DNA from: Escherichia coli
GTDB taxonomy: Bacteria; Pseudomonadota; Gammaproteobacteria; Enterobacterales; Enterobacteriaceae
Direction: 5' to 3' (one strand)
Length of the DNA stretch: 64,000 bases
NCBI RefSeq assembly: GCF_003334785.1
Contig: NZ_QOWV01000009.1
Positions within the stretch are counted from its first letter, which is position 1. Every line of letters begins with the position of its first letter. Position numbers and translations under genes: made by a program. The notes beneath the pieces were generated by a model that was not told the DNA's origin, did no database searches, and saw only the letters and a list, made by a program, of their open reading frames with translations. Of this stretch, positions 37,028-51,845 are shown one piece after another.

Positions 37028-38143
37028 TCAGGCCGCCACTTCGGTGCGGTTACGTCCGGCTTTCTTTGCTTTGTAAAGCGCCAAATCTGCCGATTTCAAC
37101 CACTCACGATAGTGACTCATTTGTGGGTTCAGCGGCGCAACCCCCACACTAATCCGTAAAGTTACCTGTGGCGTATTCGGCAAACGTAATGTATTTAGCC
37201 CTTCATGCACCCGTAACATGGCGGTAATGGCGCTCTCAGCTGGCGTACCGGACATGATTACTGCAAACTCATCGCCGCCAAACCGACCAATCACATCGCT
37301 ACCGCGCAGGGTAATTTGTAACTGTCGGGTAAGCGCCACAATCGCTTCATCGCCCACATCATGGCCCCAGGTATCGTTGATGCTCTTGAAATGGTCGATA
37401 TCGATAATCAGTAACGTTGCATCGCGATTATGCCGCCGACAGTTATCAAATTCATTGCGTAACATAGTTTCCCAATGACGTCGGTTATACACGCCCGTCA
37501 TGCCGTCGCGGGTACTCATGACCTGCAACCTGCGTTTATGTTCCGCCAGTTTGGTTGCCGTCTGGTAGCTGACCCAGCCAAACAGCAGAGGATAAATGAC
37601 AATAATGGGAAGGGAGAGCCACCATTCCAGCGGCGCACTATTGAACGACACGGTAATGCCCGTCAGCTCGAGGGTGACAAGGCAGGAAACCACCATCAAC
37701 ACCAGACCCGCGACAAACAGACGGGGGCCGCCTGCCCCCATCAAATTCAGACACATAATCATCAACATCGCGGTGGAAGGCAGCACGTTTACGCCCATTA
37801 CGCCTACCCACATTCCCGCTAATACTGCATCGGTTTTTAAGTTGTAAATTTCCCGGCTAAGCGGATCGACGGCCCTGCTCGCTATCTGCCAGGCTAAATG
37901 CGGCCAGACGAACGCCCAGCCGACCAACACCAGCCACCACCAGCCCGGCGGCGGGTGTGAAACCAGCGTTGAAGCAATCGGTAAGAACATGCCAGCCAGG
38001 CCAACCGCACGGGGTAGTCTGACGCGACGGGCGAAGCGCAGCCCGGACCGCTGATGTTCGTTTTGAGGAGTTAAAGGAGGTTCCTCCCCGTGCGCCGCCG
38101 CTTTTTTGAAAAAGTTTTCATCATTCATTATTTTTGGGAACAT
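37028..38143 (-). CDS. dgcC: Diguanylate cyclase DgcC (AdrA/YaiC)
   Basis: 371-aa ORF with N-terminal membrane (MASE-like) region and C-terminal GGDEF domain (RFGGDEF). Confidence 0.92.
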   Translation of the reverse strand: MFPKIMNDENFFKKAAAHGEEPPLTPQNEHQRSGLRFARRVRLPRAVGLAGMFLPIASTLVSHPPPGWWWLVLVGWAFVWPHLAWQIASRAVDPLSREIYNLKTDAVLAGMWVGVMGVNVLPSTAMLMIMCLNLMGAGGPRLFVAGLVLMVVSCLVTLELTGITVSFNSAPLEWWLSLPIIVIYPLLFGWVSYQTATKLAEHKRRLQVMSTRDGMTGVYNRRHWETMLRNEFDNCRRHNRDATLLIIDIDHFKSINDTWGHDVGDEAIVALTRQLQITLRGSDVIGRFGGDEFAVIMSGTPAESAITAMLRVHEGLNTLRLPNTPQVTLRISVGVAPLNPQMSHYREWLKSADLALYKAKKAGRNRTEVAA

Positions 38144-38244
38144 TCAGAAACAATTTTCCCAAATTATAGAGACGGAGCTAAAGGCAGAAGTATGATATTT
38201 CGGGTGAGCCATTTTCGTAGCTCACCCGTTAGCACTATCAGGTA

Positions 38245-38565
38245 TCAGGCGGCTTTCTTGAGGCAGGCACTCATAAACTTATTACGATCATCACCTTTCA
38301 GAGATTGTTGTGTTGCTTGATTATTGCATTCGCGCATCTTTTGCTGCTGTGGCGTCAAACTTTTTTCGCCAGGCGCAGACTTGCTGTTCTTCAGGCAATC
38401 ACTCATGTAGGTCTTACGAGCATCCCCTTTCAACGCCTGCGCCGTCGCCTGCTGATTACAGGAGGTCATACGCTGTTGTTGTGGGGTTAAAGTTCTCTCG
38501 GCAGCGCCGACGGTGGTTAAAAAAACCAGACCGAAAAGCAAGGTAACCAGTAATGTTATTTTCAT
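38245..38565 (-). CDS. psiF: Phosphate starvation-inducible protein PsiF
   Basis: ORF-track frame 38245-38583; start placed at MKITLLVTLLFGLVFLTTVGAAER... (106 aa); two internal repeats TPQQQ(R/K)M..CN(Q/N)QAT.Q.LKGD.R; downstream of phoA. Confidence 0.9.
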   Translation of the reverse strand: MKITLLVTLLFGLVFLTTVGAAERTLTPQQQRMTSCNQQATAQALKGDARKTYMSDCLKNSKSAPGEKSLTPQQQKMRECNNQATQQSLKGDDRNKFMSACLKKAA

Positions 38566-38640
38566 AGCACCATCCCTCTTCATGTTTTAACCATGAGCGT
38601 ATGCGCCCGTGATCTGCCATTAAGTCTGGTTGCTAACAGC

Positions 38641-38676
38641 AAAAAAACCACCCGGCAGCGAAAATTCACTGCCGGG
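38641..38676 (-). terminator. Rho-independent terminator immediately after phoA (upstream of psiF)
   Basis: Minus-strand hairpin cccggcag / ctgccggg with 10-nt loop, followed by tggttttttt, starting 8 nt after the phoA stop. psiF lies beyond it, so read-through must be partial or psiF has its own promoter. Confidence 0.6.
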
Positions 38677-38683
38677 CGCGGTT

Positions 38684-40099
38684 TTATTTCAGCCCCAGAG
38701 CGGCTTTCATGGTGTAGAAGAGATCGGTCTGGTCGGTCAGTCCAACAACATTGGCGGCATGCGGGCCATACGCCGCAATACGCAACTGACTGCCGGTATG
38801 TTCTTGTGAATCCTCTTCGGAGTTCCCGTAACTCATCACCATCACTGCGCCATCTTTGGTATTTAGCGCCTGGGTGAGGCCCGGAGCTTTGGTATCCGGC
38901 GCAACAATCTGGCTGGCGTGGGCGTGATCAGCGGTGACTATGACCAGCGTGTTACCCTCCTTTTTAGCGAATTCCAGCGCCCGTTGTACGGCTTCATCGA
39001 GATCGACCGTCTCGCCAATTTGCCCACAAGGATTCGCAGCATGATCCTGTTTATCGATTGACGCACCTTCAACTTGCAGGAAAAAGCCTTTCTCATTTTT
39101 ACTCAACAATTCAATGGCTTTGTCGGTCATCTGCGCCAGGGTTGGTACACTGTCATTACGTTGCGGATTTGGCGTACAGGTGACTGCGGGCTTATCGATA
39201 TTGCCATGGTACGTTGCTTTCGGTCCTAGCCAGCGCACTGGCATATTGCCGTCAGCAAACAGGCCAAGCAGGGGTTTTTGCTGATTCGCTTCCGTCACCG
39301 AATTCAGTGAGGCAGCATCGCTCACCAACTGATAACCACGCGCCTGTGCCTGTTCACGCAGCGTTTTTCCCTGCCATTCACCAGCGGTTGCCGTTTCAGC
39401 AAAGGTTTTTGCGCCGCCGCCAAGCGTAACGTCGGCACGAGCGTTAAGCAGCTGTTCGGTAATCGATCCTTTTCCGCCTTTTTCCAGAGCGTTACCCGGA
39501 CATTTTTCACTGGTCGCGCTCGGACCGTAGCATTTGCGCGAGGTCACATGTGCCACCAGCGCAGCGGGCGTGGCATCCTGCAACTCTGCGGTAGAAACGT
39601 TACCGGTCGCCAGACCTGCGGCTTTTGCCATTTCCAGAATCGTTGGGTGATCTTTTTCGTGAATATCGACGCCCAGCGCGCCGTTATAGGTTTTGACACC
39701 GGTTGACCAGGCGGTTGCTGATGCAGCCGAGTCGGTGACGTAGTCCGGTTTGCCGGTTTTTTTATTCAGCGCATAGTGAGTGTATTGCCCGGTAAGCGGT
39801 AAGGCATCTATACCTTTAAAAAAGCCGCCCGCACCTTCGGCATAATTACGTGCGGCAGTAATTTCCGAGTCCCCCATCCCATCGCCAATCAGCAAAATAA
39901 TATTTTTTGCAGGTTTATCGCTAAGAGAATCACGCAGAGCGGCAGTCTGATCACCCGTTAAACGGCGAGCACCGCCGGGTGCAGTAATATCGCCCTGAGC
40001 AGCCCGGTTTTCCAGAACAGGCATTTCTGGTGTCCGGGCTTTTGTCACAGGGGTAAACAGTAACGGTAAGAGTGCCAGTGCAATAGTGCTTTGTTTCAC
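38684..40099 (-). CDS. phoA: Alkaline phosphatase
   Basis: ORF-track frame 38684-40168; start placed at the GTG giving (M)[50 protein letters not shown]... (471 aa) with the active-site region [12 protein letters not shown]. Confidence 0.97.
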   Translation of the reverse strand: MKQSTIALALLPLLFTPVTKARTPEMPVLENRAAQGDITAPGGARRLTGDQTAALRDSLSDKPAKNIILLIGDGMGDSEITAARNYAEGAGGFFKGIDALPLTGQYTHYALNKKTGKPDYVTDSAASATAWSTGVKTYNGALGVDIHEKDHPTILEMAKAAGLATGNVSTAELQDATPAALVAHVTSRKCYGPSATSEKCPGNALEKGGKGSITEQLLNARADVTLGGGAKTFAETATAGEWQGKTLREQAQARGYQLVSDAASLNSVTEANQQKPLLGLFADGNMPVRWLGPKATYHGNIDKPAVTCTPNPQRNDSVPTLAQMTDKAIELLSKNEKGFFLQVEGASIDKQDHAANPCGQIGETVDLDEAVQRALEFAKKEGNTLVIVTADHAHASQIVAPDTKAPGLTQALNTKDGAVMVMSYGNSEEDSQEHTGSQLRIAAYGPHAANVVGLTDQTDLFYTMKAALGLK

Positions 40100-40162
40100 T
40101 TTATTTTCTCCATGTACAAATACATTAAAAAATAAAAACAAAGCGACTATAAGTCTCGGCCG

Positions 40163-40179
40163 TGACAACTTTATGACAG
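40163..40179 (-). promoter_or_regulatory. Pho box of the phoA promoter
   Basis: Minus strand reads CTGTCATAAAGTTGTCA, the PhoB-binding direct-repeat pattern, about 65-80 nt upstream of the phoA GTG. Confidence 0.8.
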
Positions 40180-40199
40180 CTGTTGAAAAGATTAACTTT

Positions 40200-40460
40200 T
40201 TACTGACGAGGATGCTTCAATAACTTCTTTACGTAATCGCGCAGCAGCTCCGTATCGTCGTCAGGAATGCTGGCATCGGGCTTTACCTCGTACAGCGCCC
40301 CCTCTACCTGATCAATCAACCGCTGTTGGTCATTTTGCGCCATATTGCGAAGCATTGCAGTGACGATAATCTCCAAAGCTTCTACCTGCGCACACAGTTC
40401 TTTCGACTCTTCTTCTTTTTGGGCAAGCTTAAATAACAACTCAGCAATGAGATTTTTCAT
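40200..40460 (-). CDS. iraP: Anti-adaptor protein IraP
   Basis: 86-aa [43 protein letters not shown]... recognised as IraP. Confidence 0.92.
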
Positions 40461-40922
40461 GTCTGTATTTCCTTATCCAAAGTATGGAGAAGTTAACATT
40501 ATGTTTCACAACTTCATAGTGTCTGGAAGTATTATTTTTATGACAAAGGAAATACTTTGCGCAAATATTTTTTGTTTGATTACCAGCGAAACGTTTCTCT
40601 TATTTAAATAATTACCCACACAAAATATAGGCTTTTAATTATCAACCTTTATTATAAATAAAAGTTATGAAATATATTCTCTTCGTTAACTTATAATTAA
40701 GAGAAAAAAACTCACCGCATGGCCATTTAAGCCAGGAATAAATTAGCTTCCCGTTCATCATTTTTGTGATCTTGCGCACATCTTTGAGATAACGCACTTT
40801 CTTCACCAGTACGTTGCACGCTTTGTCAGCAGAAGATTGCAACAATCTTTCAGAAGGCCGCGAATCCCCCGTTTTGTCGTGGTAATGTATGCACTTTGTG
40901 TTAGACGGGATAGGTTTTTAAG

Positions 40923-42017
40923 ATGGAAAAACTGCGGGTAGGAATCGTTTTTGGTGGTAAATCAGCGGAACATGAAGTGTCTCTGCAATCGGCAAAAAAC
41001 ATTGTCGATGCCATTGATAAAAGTCGCTTCGACGTTGTGCTGCTGGGCATTGATAAACAAGGGCAATGGCACGTCAGCGATGCCAGCAATTATCTGCTAA
41101 ATGCAGACGATCCTGCCCATATTGCGTTGCGCCCTTCGGCGACCAGCCTTGCGCAGGTGCCAGGTAAACATGAGCATCAGCTTATCGACGCGCAAAACGG
41201 TCAGCCGTTGCCGACGGTGGATGTCATTTTCCCGATTGTCCACGGTACGCTGGGCGAAGATGGTTCCTTGCAGGGAATGCTGCGGGTCGCCAATTTACCG
41301 TTTGTAGGTTCTGATGTTCTGGCTTCAGCAGCCTGTATGGACAAAGATGTCACCAAACGTCTGCTACGCGATGCCGGGCTGAACATTGCGCCATTTATTA
41401 CCCTGACGCGCGCCAATCGTCACAACATTAGTTTTGCCGAAGTGGAGTCTAAACTGGGGTTACCACTGTTTGTAAAACCGGCTAATCAGGGCTCTTCTGT
41501 TGGTGTCAGCAAAGTAACCAGTGAAGAACAGTACGCAATTGCCGTCGATCTGGCGTTCGAGTTCGATCATAAAGTGATCGTTGAGCAAGGGATCAAAGGT
41601 CGTGAGATCGAATGCGCAGTTCTGGGCAACGACAATCCGCAAGCCAGCACCTGTGGAGAGATCGTACTCACCAGCGATTTCTATGCCTACGACACCAAGT
41701 ACATTGACGAAGATGGCGCGAAAGTGGTAGTTCCGGCAGCCATTGCGCCAGAAATCAACGATAAGATCCGGGCGATTGCCGTTCAGGCTTATCAAACGTT
41801 GGGATGCGCAGGCATGGCGCGTGTAGACGTGTTTTTAACCCCAGAGAACGAAGTGGTGATCAACGAGATCAACACCCTGCCTGGCTTCACTAATATCAGT
41901 ATGTATCCGAAGCTGTGGCAAGCCAGCGGTCTGGGTTACACCGATCTGATCACACGTTTGATTGAACTGGCGCTGGAGCGTCACGCTGCGGATAACGCAT
42001 TGAAAACCACAATGTAA
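40923..42017 (+). CDS. ddlA: D-alanine--D-alanine ligase A
   Basis: 364-aa ATP-grasp [30 protein letters not shown]... recognised as DdlA. Confidence 0.96.
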   Translation: MEKLRVGIVFGGKSAEHEVSLQSAKNIVDAIDKSRFDVVLLGIDKQGQWHVSDASNYLLNADDPAHIALRPSATSLAQVPGKHEHQLIDAQNGQPLPTVDVIFPIVHGTLGEDGSLQGMLRVANLPFVGSDVLASAACMDKDVTKRLLRDAGLNIAPFITLTRANRHNISFAEVESKLGLPLFVKPANQGSSVGVSKVTSEEQYAIAVDLAFEFDHKVIVEQGIKGREIECAVLGNDNPQASTCGEIVLTSDFYAYDTKYIDEDGAKVVVPAAIAPEINDKIRAIAVQAYQTLGCAGMARVDVFLTPENEVVINEINTLPGFTNISMYPKLWQASGLGYTDLITRLIELALERHAADNALKTTM

Positions 42018-42040
42018 TATTTTAACGCCCGATAATATTC

Positions 42041-42253
42041 TTATTGGGCGTTTTCAGTTTCTTCATCGCGACGACGAATAATCAACCCCGCCAGCCAGAA
42101 ACTAATCACCCACGTCACCAGACCGACGGCATAGGTCTGCCAACCTTTTGCTTCAAATCCCAGTAACCCCACCACGCCATTAAGAATGAATATAAGGCCA
42201 ATGGCGAACGCATAGTAGTGCCAGTCACGGCGGATTTTTACAGGCAGATTCAT
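42041..42253 (-). CDS. yaiZ: Small inner-membrane protein YaiZ
   Basis: ORF-track frame 42041-42385; start placed at MNLPVKIRRDWHYYAFAIGLIFILNGVVGLLGF... (70 aa, two predicted TM helices). Confidence 0.82.
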   Translation of the reverse strand: MNLPVKIRRDWHYYAFAIGLIFILNGVVGLLGFEAKGWQTYAVGLVTWVISFWLAGLIIRRRDEETENAQ

Positions 42254-42512
42254 GGCAGCTCCGTTAACGAAAAACAACATCCTTGCATATTCTGCAACAA
42301 CCGTCTGTGGTGTAGACAACATTTTCGTAATTGTTAATAAATTTAACTTAAGGTTGCCATTTTGTGACTCACAACGAAGATTCACGCTTCGGGAATATTC
42401 CCAACATCAATTTACCATGATTCTGATATTGACAATCTAAATGACCTGTCAGACTTGCCATAAGCCGCTGGTATCACACCAGAAGAGAAGCAGATGACTT
42501 CCGGAGGTTTTT

Positions 42513-42821
42513 ATGGCTGATTTCACCCTGTCAAAATCGCTGTTTAGCGGAAAATATCGCAATGCCTCTTCAACGCCTGGCAACATTGCCTATGCGTTGT
42601 TTGTGCTGTTTTGCTTTTGGGCTGGGGCGCAATTGCTGAACCTGTTAGTGCATGCGCCCGGCGTCTATGAGCGTTTAATGCAGGTCCAGGAAACAGGTCG
42701 CCCACGGGTGGAAATTGGTTTAGGTGTCGGCACCATTTTCGGGCTGATCCCGTTTTTAGTAGGCTGCCTCATTTTTGCAGTGGTGGCGCTATGGCTGCAC
42801 TGGCGACATCGCCGCCAGTAA
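42513..42821 (+). CDS. yaiY: Small inner-membrane protein YaiY
   Basis: 102-aa [45 protein letters not shown]... with hydrophobic helices. Confidence 0.88.
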
Positions 42822-42832
42822 GTTTTACATTG

Positions 42833-42867
42833 TCAGATGCGGCCTGAAACGCCTTATCTGGCCTGAC
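42833..42867. repeat. Degenerate REP-like palindrome between convergent yaiY and yaiW
   Basis: tcagatgcggcctgaaacgccttatctggcctgac resembles the REP consensus (gccggatgcggcgtgaacgccttatccggcc) with substitutions. Confidence 0.45.
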
Positions 42868-42879
42868 ATTCCTGTTTGA

Positions 42880-43974
42880 TCACTGTTTCATACAACGCGC
42901 CCGCCGTTCGTCTACGCGCTTCGCAAACCAGGCCGTAGTCAGGTTGCGGGTGATTTTCGGGCTTTCCAGTTGAATGCCAGGCAACATTTCGCGGGGGAGT
43001 GATTTACCCGTTTTCGTTTCGGCAAGTTGATAAACTTTCTTGTACAGCGCCGTCTCCTCAAAAGAGAAGCTGTCACCTTTCTCTAACTGACGGCGAATTT
43101 CGCTGTCGCTCATCCCCAGTTTTGCAGCCAGTTTGCGCGTTGCCAGTTCGGTTTTCCCGGGTTCTTTACTGTCGTAACGAATTAAATCACCGTCCAGTGC
43201 CAGCTTCACGCCGCTGGCCTTACTGACCGCGTTCTGAAACGCGGCATTACGGCTGGCGTACCAGCCAGCGTTAAAATCAGCAAAACGGTATATCGGTGCG
43301 CTATAACTGGCGGGATAATTCAGTAAATGGTAAGTACCAAACCACAACCCGCCGCGGCGACTGAAGACTTCCTGACGGACTGTACCGTCCATTTTCCACG
43401 GGTACCCTTTGGTATGCTGTTCGGCAAAAGCAATGCTGACCTGCATCGGCCCACCGGTGCGCACCGGATTGAGCGAACCAAACAGCGTCTGCCCCATTGG
43501 CACCATGTTGATCAGATCGTCAAAAATCGCGCTCAATTGCTTTTCTGTACGCACCGAATCTAACCGTTCGCTATAACTTTTGCCGTTTGGCGATTTGATT
43601 TTTAGCGCGGTATGAACCAGAAAAGCAGGAATGTGCATCCGTTCAGCACGACGGTCAATCTCTTGCCAGGCGATCTTGCTTAAGCCCGGAACGGCCGGAT
43701 CTGCCTGATAATTTGACTCCTGCTGCGCCACCGCCAGCACCGAGCAGACGTTTTCCAGCGTCGGTGCCAGCCCCTGACTTTCAAAGGTGGTGGCGAGATC
43801 TTTCGCCCAGGCATCGCGGTCTTTCACGCTCGCAGGCATCTTCTGCCGCACGACGCTCGCTACATCTATCGCTTTTTCGCCCTTTTTCAACGGTTGCGGA
43901 GCCTGACTACTACACCCCGCTAAAACCAGAACCGCCAACAATGACAGCGAAGATAGAGGATTGACGCGCGACAT
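42880..43974 (-). CDS. yaiW: Lipoprotein YaiW
   Basis: 364-aa ORF MSRVNPLSSLSLLAVLVLAGCSS... with lipobox (LAGC); directly downstream of sbmA. Confidence 0.9.
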   Translation of the reverse strand: MSRVNPLSSLSLLAVLVLAGCSSQAPQPLKKGEKAIDVASVVRQKMPASVKDRDAWAKDLATTFESQGLAPTLENVCSVLAVAQQESNYQADPAVPGLSKIAWQEIDRRAERMHIPAFLVHTALKIKSPNGKSYSERLDSVRTEKQLSAIFDDLINMVPMGQTLFGSLNPVRTGGPMQVSIAFAEQHTKGYPWKMDGTVRQEVFSRRGGLWFGTYHLLNYPASYSAPIYRFADFNAGWYASRNAAFQNAVSKASGVKLALDGDLIRYDSKEPGKTELATRKLAAKLGMSDSEIRRQLEKGDSFSFEETALYKKVYQLAETKTGKSLPREMLPGIQLESPKITRNLTTAWFAKRVDERRARCMKQ

Positions 43975-43986
43975 TACTTCTCCTTT

Positions 43987-45207
43987 TTAGCTCAAGGTAT
44001 GGGTTACTTCCTGAATTTTGTCACCATCCAGCTCATGTTCAAAGCTGCGCAGACGTTTGTAGATAGACATCAACTCAACCAGTGTGGTCCATGAGTTAAT
44101 CAGGTACTGGAAAGCACCGCGAACCTGACCAAAAACGTTGGTAATCTGCGTCATCAGGCCGAGCGTAATCGTACCGGCAACAATTGACGGAAACAGCAAG
44201 AACAAACCGAAAACGTTATCGACCTGCAAATAGAGAATGCGGGCGATGTTGAAATACATATAGTGAAAATAGAGGCGGAAATAGTTTTTCCGTACGGCGC
44301 TAAACAGCTCGCGTACCGTAGGCGGCGTCGCGCGCGTGGCATCGTCTTCACCATAAACCAGCTCTTTACGGTAGGCAGCCTCTACACGCTGGTTTTTAAA
44401 CTCCAGCCCCGGCAGTTTGATCCCTACCACTGCCAGCAATCCGGTCCCCATCAGCGACCAGACGATTGCGGCAATCACCAGACCATACGGAATGTGCCCG
44501 ATAATCGGCAGCTCCGGCACATGCGCGGAGAGCGTTACCAGCACCGGCAGGAAGGCGATCAACGTCATGATGGCGTTGATAAAACTGACGCCCATATTCT
44601 CCAGCGTTGAAGCAAAACGCATGGTGTCTTCCTGCACACGCTGTGCGGCCCCTTCGATATGACGCAGTTGTTGCCAGTTCGCCATGTAATATTCGTTCAT
44701 CGCTGTACGCCAGCGGAACACGTAGTGACTGACAAAGAAGTTGTTCAGCACACTGATCACCACAGCGATCAGCGCAATCCCCAGAAAGACGCCCACTTCG
44801 CGGTAAAATTGTTCGATGGTGACTTTATGCGGCGAACTTAGCGCGGTTTGAATCAGATCATAGAACGGCGCATACCAGGCGTTGACGGCGACCCCGACTT
44901 CCACCAAAAACCAGGTGACGAAGATGATCAGTGCAGTACCGAGTATTGACCAGTATTGCCAACGATGCGGGCTGTAGATAAACCAGAACAATGCAAAAAG
45001 TCCTACGCAAACAATGTAGTAAGCGTAAAAAATCAGGAAATCCAACGACCAGAAACGCGCGGCGCTAATCGGGATCTGCCCGGAAGCGCCGGTGATACGC
45101 GCCACCCAGTCACCCCCACCGGCTTGCCAGAAGATAACGGCAATCAATGCCCAAACGAAGGCCGAGAGAAAAAACGTTCCCGGCTTTGGGAAAAAAGACT
45201 TAAACAT
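43987..45207 (-). CDS. sbmA: Peptide antibiotic/peptide transporter SbmA
   Basis: ORF-track frame 43987-45213 begins at an upstream GTG; start placed at [31 protein letters not shown]... (406 aa), ABC-type transmembrane domain without an ATPase domain. Confidence 0.93.
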   Translation of the reverse strand: MFKSFFPKPGTFFLSAFVWALIAVIFWQAGGGDWVARITGASGQIPISAARFWSLDFLIFYAYYIVCVGLFALFWFIYSPHRWQYWSILGTALIIFVTWFLVEVGVAVNAWYAPFYDLIQTALSSPHKVTIEQFYREVGVFLGIALIAVVISVLNNFFVSHYVFRWRTAMNEYYMANWQQLRHIEGAAQRVQEDTMRFASTLENMGVSFINAIMTLIAFLPVLVTLSAHVPELPIIGHIPYGLVIAAIVWSLMGTGLLAVVGIKLPGLEFKNQRVEAAYRKELVYGEDDATRATPPTVRELFSAVRKNYFRLYFHYMYFNIARILYLQVDNVFGLFLLFPSIVAGTITLGLMTQITNVFGQVRGAFQYLINSWTTLVELMSIYKRLRSFEHELDGDKIQEVTHTLS

Positions 45208-45558
45208 ATGCACTCCTGCTAACTTCTTATCGTTTTAACAACTGCTGTGTATTAACCGCATGACCGCTACAAAGCGTCAGCCAAATGAAACCGCCCATTG
45301 TGACCCATAGCAAGGCGCTTAGTTCGCCAGCCTGACCATAAGAATTGTTTCGACGGATTTCACAAACCAAAGATTGTTTACATAAGCGGATTAACACGCG
45401 CAGGATCACAAATGCAGGCATTGGTGAGCAGGAAAAAGATCGTGTTTACGCGCCGTTACGTTTTTAACACTATTATTGCACTAATTCGCCCTTTGCAATC
45501 TATCAATGAGTAGTATAAATACGCTCAGTTACCTTCATTCAATCTATGGACACCACCG

Positions 45559-46716
45559 TTGAAACGTAGTCTGCTTTTTTCTGCCGTGCTGTGTGCGGCG
45601 TCATTGACCTCCGTCCATGCGGCGCAGCCGATCACTGAACCGGAGTTTGCCTCTGATATTGTCGATCGTTATGCCGATCATATTTTTTACGGCAGCGGTG
45701 CCACGGGGATGGCTCTGGTTGTTATCGACGGTAACCAGCGCGTCTTTCGCAGTTATGGCGAAACGCGACCTGGTAATAACGTTCGCCCGCAGCTGGATTC
45801 GGTCGTGCGTATTGCTTCCCTCACCAAGCTAATGACCAGTGAGATGCTGGTGAAATTGCTCGACCAGGGGACCGTGAAGTTAAACGATCCGCTAAGTAAA
45901 TATGCTCCGCCAGGCGCACGCGTGCCAACCTACAATGGGACGCCCATTACGCTGGTCAATCTGGCAACCCATACCAGCGCCCTGCCCCGTGAACAGCCCG
46001 GTGGCGCGGCACATCGTCCGGTGTTTGTCTGGCCAACGCGCGAGCAACGCTGGAAATACCTTTCTACGGCGAAGCTGAAAGCCGCGCCAGGCAGTCAGGC
46101 GGCGTACTCTAACCTTGCGTTCGACCTGCTGGCAGATGCACTGGCGAATGCGTCCGGCAAGCCTTATACCCAGTTGTTTGAAGAGCAGATTACCCGTCCA
46201 TTGGGGATGAAAGACACCACCTACACCCCCTCACCGGATCAGTGCCGCCGTTTAATGGTTGCTGAGCGCGGTGCCAGTCCGTGCAATAACACGCTGGCGG
46301 CAATTGGCAGCGGCGGCGTCTATTCCACGCCTGGCGATATGATGCGCTGGATGCAGCAGTATTTGTCATCTGATTTTTATCAGCGCAGTAACCAGGCAGA
46401 TCGCATGCAGACGTTGATTTATCAGCGCGCGCAGTTTACGAAAGTGATTGGCATGGATGTCCCCGGCAAAGCGGATGCGCTTGGTTTAGGTTGGGTATAT
46501 ATGGCCCCGAAAGAGGGTCGTCCGGGGATTATTCAGAAGACAGGCGGTGGTGGCGGTTTCATTACCTATATGGCGATGATCCCGCAGAAGAATATTGGCG
46601 CGTTTGTGGTGGTCACTCGTTCGCCGTTGACGCGCTTTAAAAATATGAGCGATGGCATCAATGACCTGGTGACCGAGCTAAGCGGGAATAAACCGTTGGT
46701 TATCCCCGCGTCCTGA
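45559..46716 (+). CDS. ampH: Penicillin-binding protein AmpH (class C beta-lactamase-like)
   Basis: 385-aa ORF beginning at a TTG; signal peptide and SxxK active-site motif (IASLTK). Confidence 0.9.
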   Translation: MKRSLLFSAVLCAASLTSVHAAQPITEPEFASDIVDRYADHIFYGSGATGMALVVIDGNQRVFRSYGETRPGNNVRPQLDSVVRIASLTKLMTSEMLVKLLDQGTVKLNDPLSKYAPPGARVPTYNGTPITLVNLATHTSALPREQPGGAAHRPVFVWPTREQRWKYLSTAKLKAAPGSQAAYSNLAFDLLADALANASGKPYTQLFEEQITRPLGMKDTTYTPSPDQCRRLMVAERGASPCNNTLAAIGSGGVYSTPGDMMRWMQQYLSSDFYQRSNQADRMQTLIYQRAQFTKVIGMDVPGKADALGLGWVYMAPKEGRPGIIQKTGGGGGFITYMAMIPQKNIGAFVVVTRSPLTRFKNMSDGINDLVTELSGNKPLVIPAS

Positions 46717-47405
<689 letters not shown>

Positions 47406-47406
47406 T

Positions 47407-50334
<2,928 letters not shown>

Positions 50335-50857
50335 TTGTCATCCCTCCTCAGGGACGTAATAAGTTGATCCATCAATTATCAATGCATAGAAAACATATTA
50401 TGTTTCGCGCTAACGATTATGCTGCGTTACAGACGAATGGTTCAATTATTCTTTCCCCTAAGTCCGAATGTGGACATATATAATTTATGGAGAAAAACAC
50501 GCATCAAATTCATAAAAGCACAGTATTTCAACATGTTGCAGATAATTTTGTTTTTGAAGCATACGCATAATAAATATCACAAATACAAACCAGATAAATA
50601 TCCTATGAATATGCAACAAAGTTTTAATTATTCAATTTATAGCAGCGCAACCAAACTCCAAAAAATAATAACCAACAGCTATAAATAAAGATTAAAAATA
50701 TTTTCAGTGAATATAAAATTATTGCTGTTTCTATTAAAAAGATGTCCTGGCCTCTCTTCCATTCTCTTCTTGTCAACATCGCGACAACTTTCGTAAAACA
50801 TCCCTACCCTGCTTCAGGTATACTATGCCCCTCGATTCCACAAACATCAGGCAGACC

Positions 50858-51832
50858 ATGACAGACTTAATCCAACGCCCTCGTCGCCTGCGCAAATCTC
50901 CTGCGCTGCGCGCTATGTTTGAAGAGACAACACTTAGCCTTAACGACCTGGTGTTGCCGATCTTTGTTGAAGAAGAAATTGACGACTACAAAGCCGTTGA
51001 AGCCATGCCAGGCGTGATGCGCATTCCAGAGAAACATCTGGCACGCGAAATTGAACGCATCGCCAACGCCGGTATTCGTTCCGTGATGACTTTTGGCATC
51101 TCTCACCATACCGATGAAACCGGCAGCGATGCCTGGCGGGAAGATGGACTGGTGGCGCGTATGTCGCGCATCTGCAAGCAGACCGTGCCAGAAATGATCG
51201 TTATGTCAGACACCTGCTTCTGTGAATACACTTCTCACGGTCACTGCGGTGTGCTGTGCGAGCATGGCGTCGACAACGACGCGACTCTGGAAAATTTAGG
51301 CAAGCAAGCCGTGGTTGCAGCTGCTGCAGGTGCAGACTTCATCGCCCCTTCCGCCGCGATGGACGGCCAGGTACAGGCGATTCGTCAGGCGCTGGACGCT
51401 GCGGGATTTAAAGATACGGCGATTATGTCGTATTCGACCAAGTTCGCCTCCTCCTTTTATGGCCCGTTCCGTGAAGCTGCCGGAAGCGCATTAAAAGGCG
51501 ACCGCAAAAGCTATCAGATGAACCCAATGAACCGTCGTGAGGCGATTCGTGAATCACTGCTGGATGAAGCCCAGGGCGCAGACTGCCTGATGGTTAAACC
51601 TGCTGGAGCGTACCTCGACATCGTGCGTGAGCTGCGTGAACGTACTGAATTGCCGATTGGCGCGTATCAGGTGAGCGGTGAGTATGCGATGATTAAGTTC
51701 GCCGCGCTGGCGGGTGCTATAGATGAAGAGAAAGTCGTGCTCGAAAGCTTAGGTTCGATTAAGCGTGCGGGTGCGGATCTGATTTTCAGCTACTTTGCGC
51801 TGGATTTGGCTGAGAAGAAGATTCTGCGTTAA
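50858..51832 (+). CDS. hemB: Porphobilinogen synthase (delta-aminolevulinic acid dehydratase)
   Basis: ORF-track frame 50825-51832; start placed at [37 protein letters not shown]... (324 aa). Confidence 0.96.
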
Positions 51833-51845
51833 TTTTGTTTCCTCT

